14,743 nucleotides of DNA, taken from positions 1 through 14,743 of the forward strand of contig CAVPXI010000002.1 of assembly GCA_963709585.1 (NCBI GenBank), given 5' to 3'. Shown piece by piece: positions 1 to 9,488 of the stretch (positions are counted from its first letter, which is position 1; the number at the start of each line of letters is the position of its first letter). The stretch comes from Candidatus Dormiibacterota bacterium (lineage in GTDB: Bacteria; Chloroflexota; Dormibacteria; Aeolococcales; Aeolococcaceae). Position numbers and translations under genes: made by a program. The notes under the pieces were generated by a model, which was given only the letters and a program-made list of their open reading frames with translations, was not told the origin of the DNA and ran no database searches.

Positions 1-297
1 GGACAGGAGGACCATGTCTCGATGGGGTATGAGGCGGCGCTGCGCACCCGGCGTTCGGTCGGGTTGCTCCGCGCCGTGTTGGCGATCGAGGTGCTCGGCG
101 CGTCGCAGGCGATCGAAATGCGCCATCCACTCCGGCCGGCGGCGGCAACCGGTGCGGTCATCGCCACGCTGCGAGCGCGGACGCCTCCGCTCGGTGCCGA
201 TCGCATCCTCAGTGGCGACGTCGAAGCCGCCGAGGCGTGGGCACGTGAGCGCGAATGGCGCGACGCGCTGGCAACCGCCGGGGTGGTCCTGCGATGA
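1..297 (+). CDS. hutH: Histidine ammonia-lyase, C-terminal part (5' end outside the window)
   Basis: Frame 1 from base 1 reads GQEDHVSMG, the conserved HAL/PAL C-terminal motif, then ...[16 protein letters not shown]...DRILSGD. The TGA (295-297) overlaps the hutU ATG (ATGA). Confidence 0.93.
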   Translation, partial: GQEDHVSMGYEAALRTRRSVGLLRAVLAIEVLGASQAIEMRHPLRPAAATGAVIATLRARTPPLGADRILSGDVEAAEAWAREREWRDALATAGVVLR

Positions 298-1973
298 CCG
301 CCGGGGCTCGCCTGGTCCGCGCCCCGCACGGGAACACCCTCAGCTGCGGCAGCTGGCAGACGGAGGCGCCGCTGCGCTGCCTGATGAACAACCTCGACCC
401 GGCGGTCGCCGAGGACCCGGACTTGCTGGTCGTGTATGGGGGTACCGGGCGCGCGGCGCGCTCGTGGGAGTGCTTCGACGCCATCGTCGCCACGCTCCGC
501 TCGCTCCGCGACGATGAGACACTCCTGGTGCAGTCGGGCAAGCCGGTGGGCGTCGCCCGGACGCATGAGCTCGCGCCTCGGGTTTTGATCGCGAACTCGC
601 TGCTGGTGCCGCGCTGGGCGACGTGGGAGGAGTTCTGGCGCCTCGAGAGCATGGGGTTGACGATGTACGGGCAGATGACCGCGGGCTCATGGATCTACAT
701 CGGTACCCAGGGCATCCTCCAGGGGACGTTCGAGACCTTCGAGGCGGTGGCGCGGAAGCGGTTCGGGGGCAGCCTGACCGGCCGCCTGGTGGTGACCTCC
801 GGGCTCGGCGGCATGGGCGGCGCCCAACCGCTCGCCATCACCATGAGTGGCGGGGTCGCGCTCTGCATCGACGTCGATCCCGATCACATCCGGCGGCGTA
901 TCGACACCGGCTATGTCGACGAGGTCGCCGACACGCTCGATGCGGCGGTGAGACGGTGCGATGTCGCCCGCGAGGAGGGGCGCGCCCTCTCGGTGGCGGT
1001 CTGCGCCAATGCCGCCGAGGCCCTGCCCGCGTTGCTCGAGTCCTCGCTGGCGATCGACGTGGTCACCGACCAGACCAGCGCACACGACCCGTTGCATGGC
1101 TACGTTCCCGCCGGCCTCAGCCTCGAGGCTGCGGCGACGCTGCGCGCGGCCGACCCCGACGAGTACGTGCGCCGCTCGCGCGAGTTGATGGCGCAACACT
1201 GCGCGGCGATGGTCGAGTATCAGCATCGCGGCGCGGAGGTGTTCGACTACGGCAATTCGTTGCGAGACCAGGCGCGGATCGCCGGTTTCGCCGACGCCTT
1301 CGCGTACCCCGGGTTCGTGCCCGCGTACATCCGGGATCAGTTCTGTGAGGGCCGCGGACCGTTCCGCTGGGTCGCGCTCAGCGGTGATCCCGAGGACGTC
1401 GCGCGAACCGACGCTGCGATGCTGGAGCTGTTCCCGGATCACGACGGGTTGCACCGCTGGCTGAGCCTCGCGAAGGAGCGCGTGCATTTTCAGGGACTCC
1501 CCGCCCGGATCTGCTGGCTCGGCGCCGGTGAGCGCCACCTCGCCGGACTCCGCTTCAACGACATGGTGCGCAGCGGCGAGCTGTCGGCGCCGGTGGTCAT
1601 CGGCCGCGACCATCTCGATAGCGGCTCGGTCGCGTCACCGTTGCGCGAGACCGAGGCGATGCGCGACGGCAGCGACGCGATCGCGGACTGGCCGGTGCTC
1701 AACGCGTTGCTCAACACCGCGAGCGGCGCCACCTGGGTCGCCGTCCATCACGGGGGCGGCGTCGGCATGGGGCTGTCGATTCACGCCGGTGCCCAGGTGT
1801 GCGCCGACGGCAGCGAGCTCTCCGCGCGACGCTGCGAGCTGGTGCTCACCAACGACCCCTCGACCGGCGTGATGCGCCACGCGGACGCGGGTTATCCGGA
1901 GGCGCGCGACGCGGCTCGCACCCGCGACGTGCGCATCCCCATGCTCGACAGCGGGCCGGACGCGGACGCGTGA
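294..1973 (+). CDS. hutU: Urocanate hydratase (urocanase)
   Basis: Motifs [79 protein letters not shown] and [12 protein letters not shown] 294 chosen because it overlaps the hutH stop. Confidence 0.98.
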   Translation: MTAGARLVRAPHGNTLSCGSWQTEAPLRCLMNNLDPAVAEDPDLLVVYGGTGRAARSWECFDAIVATLRSLRDDETLLVQSGKPVGVARTHELAPRVLIANSLLVPRWATWEEFWRLESMGLTMYGQMTAGSWIYIGTQGILQGTFETFEAVARKRFGGSLTGRLVVTSGLGGMGGAQPLAITMSGGVALCIDVDPDHIRRRIDTGYVDEVADTLDAAVRRCDVAREEGRALSVAVCANAAEALPALLESSLAIDVVTDQTSAHDPLHGYVPAGLSLEAAATLRAADPDEYVRRSRELMAQHCAAMVEYQHRGAEVFDYGNSLRDQARIAGFADAFAYPGFVPAYIRDQFCEGRGPFRWVALSGDPEDVARTDAAMLELFPDHDGLHRWLSLAKERVHFQGLPARICWLGAGERHLAGLRFNDMVRSGELSAPVVIGRDHLDSGSVASPLRETEAMRDGSDAIADWPVLNALLNTASGATWVAVHHGGGVGMGLSIHAGAQVCADGSELSARRCELVLTNDPSTGVMRHADAGYPEARDAARTRDVRIPMLDSGPDADA

Positions 1974-1974
1974 A

Positions 1975-2015
1975 CGCTCGCGAGTGGCTCGCCACACGAG
2001 CCCGGAGCGCGAGCG
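1975..2015. repeat. Nested inverted repeat (REP-like hairpin) between hutU and hutI
   Basis: CGCTCGCG (1975-1982) pairs with CGCGAGCG (2008-2015). Inner GGCTCG (1986-1991) pairs with CGAGCC (1997-2002) around a 5-nt loop. Confidence 0.5.
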
Positions 2016-2019
2016 AGGC

Positions 2020-3240
2020 GTGAGCGCGGTCGTCGTCCACGGCATCGGTGCGCTTTGCACCTGTGATCCGCTCCTCGGGGAGGCTCCGGGCGTGGTGCAC
2101 GATGCCGCACTGGTCGCCCGCGACGGGGTCATCGTGTACGCCGGCCCGGAGTCGGGTCTCAAACGATCCCGTATCCCGAGCGAAGCGCTCGAGATCCACG
2201 CTCGGGGGGCCGCCGTAGTTCCCGGGTTCGTCGACGCGCATACGCACATCGTCTGGCTCGGCGACCGCGGCGAGGAGTACGCGCAGCGCGCGTCGGGCGC
2301 GACGTACGAGGAGATCGCGGCGGCGGGTGGTGGGATCCTCGCGACGGTTCGCGCCACCGCGGCGGGAAGCGTCGACGAGCTCGCAGCCGCGGGTCGCGAC
2401 CGGGCGCGTCGCATGCTCGCCAACGGCACGACGACGGTCGAGGTCAAGAGCGGCTACGGGTTGGAGCACGAAGCAGAGATGCGCCAGCTCGATGCCGCCG
2501 ATCGGCTTCGCGAGTGGGAGGACCTCCCCGACGTCGTGGCCACGTATCTCCCCCTGCACGCGATCCCGGAGGGCCCGCGCGACGCGTACGTCGACGATGT
2601 GTGCACTCGTGGCGTGGCCGGGGCCGCGAAGCGCGCGAGGTTCGTCGATGCCTTCTGCGAGACCGGCGCGTACACCGTTGCCGAATGCGAGCGGCTCTTC
2701 ACAGCCGCCCGCGCCCAGGGGTTGCGCGCCAAGATCCACGCGGAGCAGCGCTCGAACAGCGGCGGAGCGCTGCTCGCAGCTCGGGCCGGTGCGGTCAGCG
2801 CCGACCATCTCGAGCATGCAGCCAACACCGACCTCGAGGCGCTGAGCAGCGCGGGCGTCGTCGGCGTGATCCTGCCCGGAGCCTCGGTCGTCCTCGGTGG
2901 TCCCCCGCCGCCCGGCCGGCGTCTCCTCGAGGCCGGCTGCACGGTGGCGGTGGCGACCGACTGCAACCCCGGCACCTGCTACAGCGAGTTGATGCCGCTC
3001 ATGCTCTCGCTGGCAGTCGCGCTCGCCGGTCTCACCCCCGCGCAGGCTCTGGTGGCGGCGACAGCCGGCGGCGCGGCCGCACTCGGGCTGGCCGACCGGG
3101 GCATCCTGCGGGCGGGATTGCGCTGCGATGCCGTGATCCTCAAGACCCCGAGCTGGATCGACGTCGCCTACCACCTCGGTGGCGACATCGTGGCGAGTGT
3201 GATCCACGAGGGCCGCTTGGAAGTACCCTCGAAGACCTGA
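2020..3240 (+). CDS. hutI: Imidazolonepropionase (amidohydrolase family)
   Basis: Motifs PGFVDAHTH, GGGILATV, GTTTVEVKSGYG, DAFCE, KIHAEQ, SADHLE, ATDCNPG. Start is GTG 2020; GTG 1984 is an in-frame alternative. Confidence 0.96.
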   Translation: MSAVVVHGIGALCTCDPLLGEAPGVVHDAALVARDGVIVYAGPESGLKRSRIPSEALEIHARGAAVVPGFVDAHTHIVWLGDRGEEYAQRASGATYEEIAAAGGGILATVRATAAGSVDELAAAGRDRARRMLANGTTTVEVKSGYGLEHEAEMRQLDAADRLREWEDLPDVVATYLPLHAIPEGPRDAYVDDVCTRGVAGAAKRARFVDAFCETGAYTVAECERLFTAARAQGLRAKIHAEQRSNSGGALLAARAGAVSADHLEHAANTDLEALSSAGVVGVILPGASVVLGGPPPPGRRLLEAGCTVAVATDCNPGTCYSELMPLMLSLAVALAGLTPAQALVAATAGGAAALGLADRGILRAGLRCDAVILKTPSWIDVAYHLGGDIVASVIHEGRLEVPSKT

Positions 3241-4697
3241 TGCTCACCGAATCGTCCCGCGGGAGCCGGCCCGACCGCCGCGCTACGGGCGCCGTCCTCC
3301 CCCGCCTCGTCGGCCAGGACCTCGAGGTGCAACTCGCCGACGGTGAGACGCGCAGCTACGTGAACCTCGACATGGCGGCGAGCACGCCGGCCATGGAGGC
3401 GGTCGCCGATGCCGTGATCGAGTTCCTGCCCTGGTACTCCAGCGTGCACCGAGGCGCCGGGTTCGCCTCGCAGGTGTCGACCCGGGCGTACGAGGCAGCC
3501 CGCTCGGCGGTGGCCAGTTTCACGGGCGCGCGCTCGTCGGATGCAGTCATCTTTGTCCGAAACACGACCGAGGCGATCAACCTGCTGACCCATTGCCTGG
3601 TGCTGCGACCCGGCCATGCGGTGCTCAGCACGATCGTCGAGCACCACGCGAACATGCTGCCCTGGAGACGTCTCGCCCGGGTGGAGCTGCTCGACGCGCC
3701 GGAATCCCAGGAGCAGCTGCTCGTCGATCTGCGCAGCGCGCTGGAGGATCGCCATCGTCCCATCGGGATCGTCGCCATCACCGGCGCCAGCAATGTCACC
3801 GGCGAGGTCTTCCCGGTCGCCGAGATCGGCCGGCTCGCGCACGAGCACGGAGCGCTGTTCGCGGTCGACGCCGCCCAACTGGCGCCGCATCGGACCATCG
3901 ACATGGTCGCGATGGGCATCGATTTTCTCGCGCTCTCGGGTCACAAGATGTACGCACCATTCGGCGGCGGGGCGCTGATCGGGCCGTCGGCGGTGCTCGC
4001 CGACGCGGAGCCGATGCTGGCCGGAGGCGGTGCCGTGACCTACGTCACCACCGACGACGTGCAGTGGGCGCAGCTGCCCGACCGTCATGAGGCGGGCAGC
4101 CCCAACGTGGTGGGCGCGATCGCCCTGGGAGCGGCGTGCACGGTCCTCGACCGCACCGGGATGGCGCACATCGGCGCGCACGAGAGGCGCCTGCTCGCCT
4201 ATCTCGACGCTCAGATCGACGAGCTCCCGCGGCTGCACCGGCTCCGGTTGTGGGACGGGCACGACGTCGACCGGCTCGGGGTGAGCACGTTCACCGTCGA
4301 GGGCATGCATCACGCCCTGGTGGCGTCGGTGCTCAGCGCCGAATACGCCATCGGGGTTCGCCACGGCTGCTTCTGCGCGCACCCGTACATCACCCATCTG
4401 CTGGGCGTGGGCATCGCCGACGCCCACACCATTCGGGAACGGCTTCGCCGCGGCGAGCACCACGAGATCCCCGGCGCGATCCGCGCCTCGTTCGGGATCG
4501 GGACGACCGTCGAGCACATCGACCGCCTGGTCGCGGCGCTGCGCGAGATCATCACCCATGGACCGCACCTCGACTATGTCGACGACCCGCACACCGGCGA
4601 CTACCTGCCGGTCGACGACCGGCGACGCCTCCCGGTCTTCGACTTCCTGCCGCCACTCGAGGCGATGGCAACGCCCTCGGGCTGCGGTCAGTTCTGA
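3240..4697 (+). CDS. Class V aminotransferase-fold PLP enzyme, SufS/CsdA-like cysteine desulfurase or selenocysteine lyase
   Basis: YVNLDMAAST, SVHRG, FVRNTTEAIN, EHHANMLPW, DAAQ, SGHKMYAPFG (PLP lysine), EAGSPN, RHGCFCAHPY (catalytic Cys loop), RASFG. ATG 3240 overlaps the hutI stop (TGATG). The track's 2514 start is a GC-rich upstream extension. Confidence 0.9.
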   Translation: MLTESSRGSRPDRRATGAVLPRLVGQDLEVQLADGETRSYVNLDMAASTPAMEAVADAVIEFLPWYSSVHRGAGFASQVSTRAYEAARSAVASFTGARSSDAVIFVRNTTEAINLLTHCLVLRPGHAVLSTIVEHHANMLPWRRLARVELLDAPESQEQLLVDLRSALEDRHRPIGIVAITGASNVTGEVFPVAEIGRLAHEHGALFAVDAAQLAPHRTIDMVAMGIDFLALSGHKMYAPFGGGALIGPSAVLADAEPMLAGGGAVTYVTTDDVQWAQLPDRHEAGSPNVVGAIALGAACTVLDRTGMAHIGAHERRLLAYLDAQIDELPRLHRLRLWDGHDVDRLGVSTFTVEGMHHALVASVLSAEYAIGVRHGCFCAHPYITHLLGVGIADAHTIRERLRRGEHHEIPGAIRASFGIGTTVEHIDRLVAALREIITHGPHLDYVDDPHTGDYLPVDDRRRLPVFDFLPPLEAMATPSGCGQF

Positions 4698-4701
4698 CCC
4701 G

Positions 4702-6732
4702 TCAGTCGCGGACCGCGAGCTCCGCTTCCAGCTGCGCCGCCTCGGTGACCGGCGCGCGGCAGACAAGGCCGCGGCAGACGTAGGCGGCAGGCACCCCGTC
4801 CACAACCGTCCGGCCGTCGAGGAGCGGAACGTCGCCGGACGGTCCCCAGGCGAGGACGGTGAGTGGATCGAACCGGCGATGCGCAACCTCGAGCAGGGCC
4901 TGGGTCCGCGCGTCTCCGGGATCGCCGGCGATTGCGATCTCCCGCATCGGCCCGACCGCCAGCTCCATCGCAGCGGCGAGCCCCGCGACGGCCAGCGGCG
5001 CTCGCGCGACCACGGTCGCGAGCGGGGCAATGATCTCCATGGCGCGCAGGTACCAGCGCTGCTCACCGGTGAAGGCATGCATCCGGCAGAAGAGCGCTGC
5101 AGCCACCGACTGTCCGGCACTCACCGGGTTGTCGTCTATGGTGCGCGGCCGCACGATCAGCGGTTCCGAGTCGCCGGCCGTGTCGAAGTAGTTGCCGTCG
5201 GTGTCCCGATGCTGCTCGACAATGCGTTCGCAGAGCGCGAGTGCTGCGGTGAAATATCGCGGCTCACCGGTCGCCTCGTAGAGCGTGAGCAGCGCGTCGC
5301 CGAGGTTTGCCGCGTCATCGAGAAAGCCGATGATCCTTCCCTCGCCGCGGTTCCAGATTCGATACACGACTCGCTCGCGTACCAGGTGTTCGAGCAGGAA
5401 ATCGGCGCACGCTCGTGCGACCGCGACGTAGTCGGGCCTTTGGAGCACGGGGCCCGCCTCGGCGAAGGCGCGGATCGCGAGTGCGTTCCACGCAGTGATG
5501 ACCTTGGCGTCGCGCTCCGGAGCCGGACGCGACGCGCGCGCTGTCCGCAGGCGCGTGCGGATCTCCTCGAGGCGGGCGCGCAATGCCGGCTCGTCGATCG
5601 ATATCGATCGGGCCACCTGCGCGAGCGGGTACGGCATCGCGAGCACCGTCGTCCCGTGCTCGAAATTGCCCCCGTCCACCACGCCGAACACGCGCGCCGC
5701 GAGGGCGCCGTCCTCGGCGCCCAGGGTCTCGCGCAGTTGCGACGGCGTCCAGACGAAGAACGCCCCCTCACCGCCGGGGCTGTCGGCGTCCTGCGACGCC
5801 GCGAACGCGCCGCCGGGGAGTTGCAGTTCGCGCGCCATGTAATCGAGGGTTCGCGTGCAGACCTCGAGCATGTCGTCACGCCCGCTCAGCTGGTACGCAT
5901 GCAGGTAGACCGGAGTAAGCAGGGCGTTGTCATACAGCATCTTCTCGAAGTGCGGCACCGACCATCGCGCGTCAACGCTGTATCGATGGAAGCCGCCTCC
6001 CACCTGGTCGTGGATGCCGCCGCGCGCCATCGCGTCGAGGCTGAGCACCGCGGCGTCCCGCACCACCGCGTCGCGCGCCGAGAGTGACCTGCGCAGCATC
6101 AGATCGAGCGCCTGCGGATGCGGGAACTTTGGCGCGGCACCGAACCCGCCGTGCGCTCGATCGGTTTCGGCTGCGAGCTTTCGTGCCGCGTCATCGAGCA
6201 GCGCCGCGTTCGCCTCGCCGGCCGCGGGAAGCTGGCGCGGCGCCACTGCGTCGCGCACCTTGAGTCCCATCGCGCTGATCTCGTCGCGCTGCGCGTGATA
6301 GGCGGCGGCGGCCGCCTGCAGCACAGACGGAAAGCCATGCAGGCCCTGGCGATCCTCGGGCGGAAAGTACGTACCGCCGAAGAAGGGTAGTCCGGCCGGC
6401 GTGAGGAACACCGTGAGCGGCCAGCCGCCCGGGACTCCCATCGCCTGGGCGGCGCTCATATACACCGAGTCGACGTCGGGTCGCTCCTCGCGGTCGACCT
6501 TGATGCTCACGAAGAGCGTGTTCATCAGCGCGGCGATCTCAGCGTTCTCGAACAACTCGTGAGCCATCACGTGGCACCAGTGGCATGCGCTGTACCCGAC
6601 CGACAGCAGCACGGGCCGGTCGTCGCTGCGCGCGCGCTCGAATGCCGCGTCTCCCCATGGGTACCAGTCCACCGGGTTTCCGGCGTGCTGCAGCAGGTAT
6701 GGACTGGACTCGGCGGCGAGGCGATTGGCCAT
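4702..6732 (-). CDS. Thioredoxin domain-containing protein, YyaL/DUF255/SPATA20 family
   Basis: [95 protein letters not shown] and C-terminal AYVC..VC. Confidence 0.95.
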   Translation of the reverse strand: MANRLAAESSPYLLQHAGNPVDWYPWGDAAFERARSDDRPVLLSVGYSACHWCHVMAHELFENAEIAALMNTLFVSIKVDREERPDVDSVYMSAAQAMGVPGGWPLTVFLTPAGLPFFGGTYFPPEDRQGLHGFPSVLQAAAAAYHAQRDEISAMGLKVRDAVAPRQLPAAGEANAALLDDAARKLAAETDRAHGGFGAAPKFPHPQALDLMLRRSLSARDAVVRDAAVLSLDAMARGGIHDQVGGGFHRYSVDARWSVPHFEKMLYDNALLTPVYLHAYQLSGRDDMLEVCTRTLDYMARELQLPGGAFAASQDADSPGGEGAFFVWTPSQLRETLGAEDGALAARVFGVVDGGNFEHGTTVLAMPYPLAQVARSISIDEPALRARLEEIRTRLRTARASRPAPERDAKVITAWNALAIRAFAEAGPVLQRPDYVAVARACADFLLEHLVRERVVYRIWNRGEGRIIGFLDDAANLGDALLTLYEATGEPRYFTAALALCERIVEQHRDTDGNYFDTAGDSEPLIVRPRTIDDNPVSAGQSVAAALFCRMHAFTGEQRWYLRAMEIIAPLATVVARAPLAVAGLAAAMELAVGPMREIAIAGDPGDARTQALLEVAHRRFDPLTVLAWGPSGDVPLLDGRTVVDGVPAAYVCRGLVCRAPVTEAAQLEAELAVRD

Positions 6733-6744
6733 GCGGCCACGCTA
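6733..6744 (-). promoter_or_regulatory. Probable leaderless promoter of the YyaL-like gene
   Basis: Minus strand reads TAGCGT-ggccgc-ATG: a TANNNT -10 element 6 nt before the start codon, with no SD sequence. Confidence 0.55.
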
Positions 6745-6767
6745 GCGGAAGCGCTGTCGCCCGCGTC

Positions 6768-7671
6768 TCAGGCGGAGAGGCGGCGGGGCACCAGCCGGGT
6801 CATGCCGAACAGCGCGGCGAGGGATGCCACCAGCGTGATTGCGCCGATCCCGATCCACCGCCAGACGAGCTGGGCATCGGGATATGCGGGGGGCGCCGGC
6901 AAAGCCTGGAGCTCGTGCTCCCACAGGCCGTTCGACGTGCCCGCATACACGGCGCCGCGCAAGGGGTTGGCCGAGAGGGCGTCGGCCGAGAGCGAGTACA
7001 CGCTGTCGGGAAGCCCGGGACCGGCACGGATCCAGTCGTCGCCTCCATCGGTGCTGACCAGCACCGCGTAGCCGTCGGTCCCGAGGTAGATCGCGTCGCT
7101 GAGCGGCGTCGTGAACGCGGTGACCGATGTGATCCGGGGGACACCCTGGACGATGCTCGCGGGGAGCAGCAGCAACGCCTGCTTCCAGTCACCGTCCTGG
7201 CCGCGGCGCCAGACGGTGCCGTCTGCGCTCACCGCGACCACAACTCCGGGCAGCGCCCCAGGCGACGCGATCAGGTCGGCGCCGGCTCCGAGATCCGGCG
7301 CGCCCGAATCCGGGACGGGGGCCTTCCGCTGCGCCACGTTGGAGGCGTGGACCACCCTCCCACCCGAGTCGATCTCCCAGCGCTCAGCCCCGATCGCCAC
7401 CACGTTTGTCGGTGGAAACGTCGTGCCCGGCCGGCGCGGTGGCGAACGTCTTGCCGCCGTCATTTGATGTCAGGGTCGCGCCCGACCCGGTGCGCACCGT
7501 GATGGTGTCACCTATGGCCGAAACGCGCGTAACGGCGACGCCGCGGAGCGCGACCGGGGTCCACCATGCGCTTGCCGCGCGTGCCGGTGCGCTGACGGTG
7601 ACGAGCGCGATCAGCGCCACGACCACCGCGGCTGCGGGCGTGATCGCGCGCCGGCCTCGGTCAGAACCCAT
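6768..7671 (-). CDS. Exported Asp-box/BNR-repeat protein with C-terminal membrane anchor (~300 aa; one +1 frameshift at 7426-7428)
   Basis: ORF 7384..7671 gives a signal peptide (RGRR, hydrophobic run, ARA-A) and SNDGGKTF. Removing one G from GCC GGG CAC joins it to ORF 6768..7463 (AGTTFPPTNVV...STDGGDDW...VYAGTSNGLW). This ends in a Pro-rich linker, a TM helix and RLVPRR. Confidence 0.75.
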
Positions 7672-8548
7672 ACAGCCCCGGGACGATGCCGAACTGCAAT
7701 GCGATGTCCGCGACGGCGTGGATGATCACCGCCGGCCACAGCGAGTTGGTGCGTCGCACCAGCCAGCCGAACGCGAGGCCCACGAGGAAGGTGATCGGCA
7801 CGAAGGGCGCTTCAGGGCCGCCATAGCTGATCGCCAGGTGCGCGAGGCCGAACACCGCGGCCTGGCTGACGTTGGCCCAGCGCGGGCTCATGGTGCGCTC
7901 GAGCGCCCCAAGCAGCAGTCCGCGGAACTGAACCTCCTGCGAGAAGGCCTGCAGGGCATTCGCCGGCCCGAGGAACGGAAAGTCGCGACCAAACGCGACC
8001 GGCTGCAGTGCCACGCGACCGAGGACGCCCGCGGGCGACGCCAGACCGAGGCCGATGAGCACAACGGAGCCGATCACGCCGGCGGCGAGGCCTCCCAGGC
8101 CGAGATGACGGATTCGAAGCGACGGACGCCAGTCCGGGGCGACGAGCTTCCAGGCGGCGAGCGCGATCAGCAGCGTGCCCGTCGCCTGGGCGACCGAGGC
8201 CCAGAAGATCTGGGCATCGAAGCTACCGGAGTTCGCTCCGAGGAGGTCGAACAGGATCTGCGGCCCGGCCGAGAGCAGCGTGTACGTGGTCGCCACCGCC
8301 GCGAGCGCCAGGAGAACCGGCCGGGCGGGTTGTAGTCGTCGCACCAGCAGCGACGGCAGAGCGATGAGCACCGAGGCGACGCTCAGCCGGGCCAGGTACG
8401 GGTCCACCCCGTTCGGGTCGCTGAAGGTGATCGGCACCAGCAGCGCCGCACCCAGGCCCAGTTCGGCGATGACGAGGGTCGCCGCCGTGGGCCACCAGGG
8501 CGCGGCGCGATAGCGCCGGAGGCGCGTGGCAGCCGCGTCAGCGGCCAC
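7661..8548 (-). CDS. CPBP (CAAX protease/Abi) family intramembrane glutamic protease homolog
   Basis: Multi-TM protein with QEVQFRG (EExxxR motif variant), FGLAH, and TNSLWPAVIIHAVAD. Overlaps both neighbours by 11 bp. Confidence 0.88.
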   Translation of the reverse strand: MAADAAATRLRRYRAAPWWPTAATLVIAELGLGAALLVPITFSDPNGVDPYLARLSVASVLIALPSLLVRRLQPARPVLLALAAVATTYTLLSAGPQILFDLLGANSGSFDAQIFWASVAQATGTLLIALAAWKLVAPDWRPSLRIRHLGLGGLAAGVIGSVVLIGLGLASPAGVLGRVALQPVAFGRDFPFLGPANALQAFSQEVQFRGLLLGALERTMSPRWANVSQAAVFGLAHLAISYGGPEAPFVPITFLVGLAFGWLVRRTNSLWPAVIIHAVADIALQFGIVPGLYGF

Positions 8549-9014
8549 TGGTTTCGGCCCCGTTCGGGGGCAGGAGCTGCGTTCGGATCTGATCGGCTAC
8601 CGCCCCGAGCTGTGCCCGGCCGGGCTCCTTACCGTAGCCAGGCGGAAAGCGAAACCCGAACCCGTCGTGAGAGTGGCGCGGGATGAGATGGATGTGCACA
8701 TGCGCCACCTCCTGGCCAGCGGCGGCCCCATCCGCGACGTAGACGCTTACCGCCTCGACGCGGAGGGAACTTGCTCGTAACGCACGGTTGAGACTGGTCG
8801 CGACTGACCACAGGCTCTCGAGGCTCTGGTCGTCCAGGTCCGGTATGAGCTCGGCGTGTGCCCGGGGCACCACCAGCAGATGGCCCGGCTGGACCGGCCG
8901 GATGTCCATGAACGCCACGATCATCTCGTCCTGGTGCACGAAGGTCGCCGGGGCGTCGACGCGGATGATCGCGCAGAAAATGCAGTCAGCCGATTGCGTT
9001 GGCGGCGTTGGCAT
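8538..9014 (-). CDS. HIT family hydrolase (Hint-like)
   Basis: DCIFCAII, AFMDIRPVQPGHLLVVPRAH, AGQEVAHVHIHLIPR (histidine triad). ATG 9014 chosen; the ORF-track extension to 9137 runs into repeat DNA. Confidence 0.95.
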   Translation of the reverse strand: MPTPPTQSADCIFCAIIRVDAPATFVHQDEMIVAFMDIRPVQPGHLLVVPRAHAELIPDLDDQSLESLWSVATSLNRALRASSLRVEAVSVYVADGAAAGQEVAHVHIHLIPRHSHDGFGFRFPPGYGKEPGRAQLGAVADQIRTQLLPPNGAETSGR

Positions 9015-9086
9015 TGCCCGGGCATCGTACCGGCGCCACCCGCGTTCGCTCGATGGCGTGCTCGGAGAGCCGCCCGGGAACCAGAC

Positions 9087-9161
9087 CGCGCTACTCGGCA
9101 ACGCACGGCCAGACCGGGTACTCGCGCTACTCAGCAACGCACGCCCAAGCCGAGTACTCGC
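9087..9161. repeat. Tandem 36-bp repeat (2 units), each an imperfect hairpin
   Basis: CGCGCTACTCGGCAACGCACGGCCAGACCGGGTACT (9087-9122) versus CGCGCTACTCAGCAACGCACGCCCAAGCCGAGTACT (9123-9158): 31/36 identical. Confidence 0.85.
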
Positions 9162-9488
9162 CTATACGGTCGCGACCCCGTCGGGTGCGCGCGTCCACGA
9201 CCCGTATCGATGCGAGGGTGGGATGGCAAGCACCCTCCCTCCCTCGGTCAGGACCAGCTGCCAGCCGCCCTCGTGCACCGACCAGTGATGGCGATGGCAG
9301 AGTTGCACCATGTTGAGGACGTCGGTCACCCCGCCGTGCCCCCAGTGCAGGACGTGATGGCCATCAATCCGCAAATGTAGGTTGAGCCGACCTGACGAGG
9401 TGATCCAGTCGGCGAGTTCGCGCGGGCGCGGTATCTCGGGAATCACATCACGACCCTGAGAGGGCTCAGGGAGGCGATGGTCGCTCAC
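9162..9488 (-). pseudogene. Truncated HNH endonuclease, resembling the C-terminus of DUF222/13E12-family HNH proteins
   Basis: 9365-9162 encodes DGHHVLHWGHGGVTDVLNMVQLCHRHHWSVHEGGW, a typical HH..W..GG.T...N...LC..HH..VH pattern. The upstream CxxxxC motif and the DUF222 domain are missing. The frame is open up to a GTG at 9488 inside the 28-bp repeat. Confidence 0.75.

Noticed and set aside
294-1973. hutU as a dedicated thiourocanate hydratase
   Set aside because: The recognisable motifs match ordinary urocanase and it sits with a canonical hutI; no positive evidence for the alternative.
2514-3239. 242-aa N-terminal extension of the PLP enzyme
   Set aside because: It overlaps hutI out of frame and is Arg/Gly/Pro-rich; ATG 3240 coupled to the hutI stop is the better start.
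3168-6087. Long ORFs 3168..5120 (-) and 4558..6087 (+), and similar ORFs such as 1846..3207, 687..1613, 7406..8335, 11603..12529, 13339..14100
   Set aside because: Antisense or alternate-frame shadows of well-supported genes in high-GC DNA, with no recognisable motifs.
9087-9161. CRISPR array (36-bp repeats)
   Set aside because: Only two units, directly adjacent with no spacers, and no cas genes.
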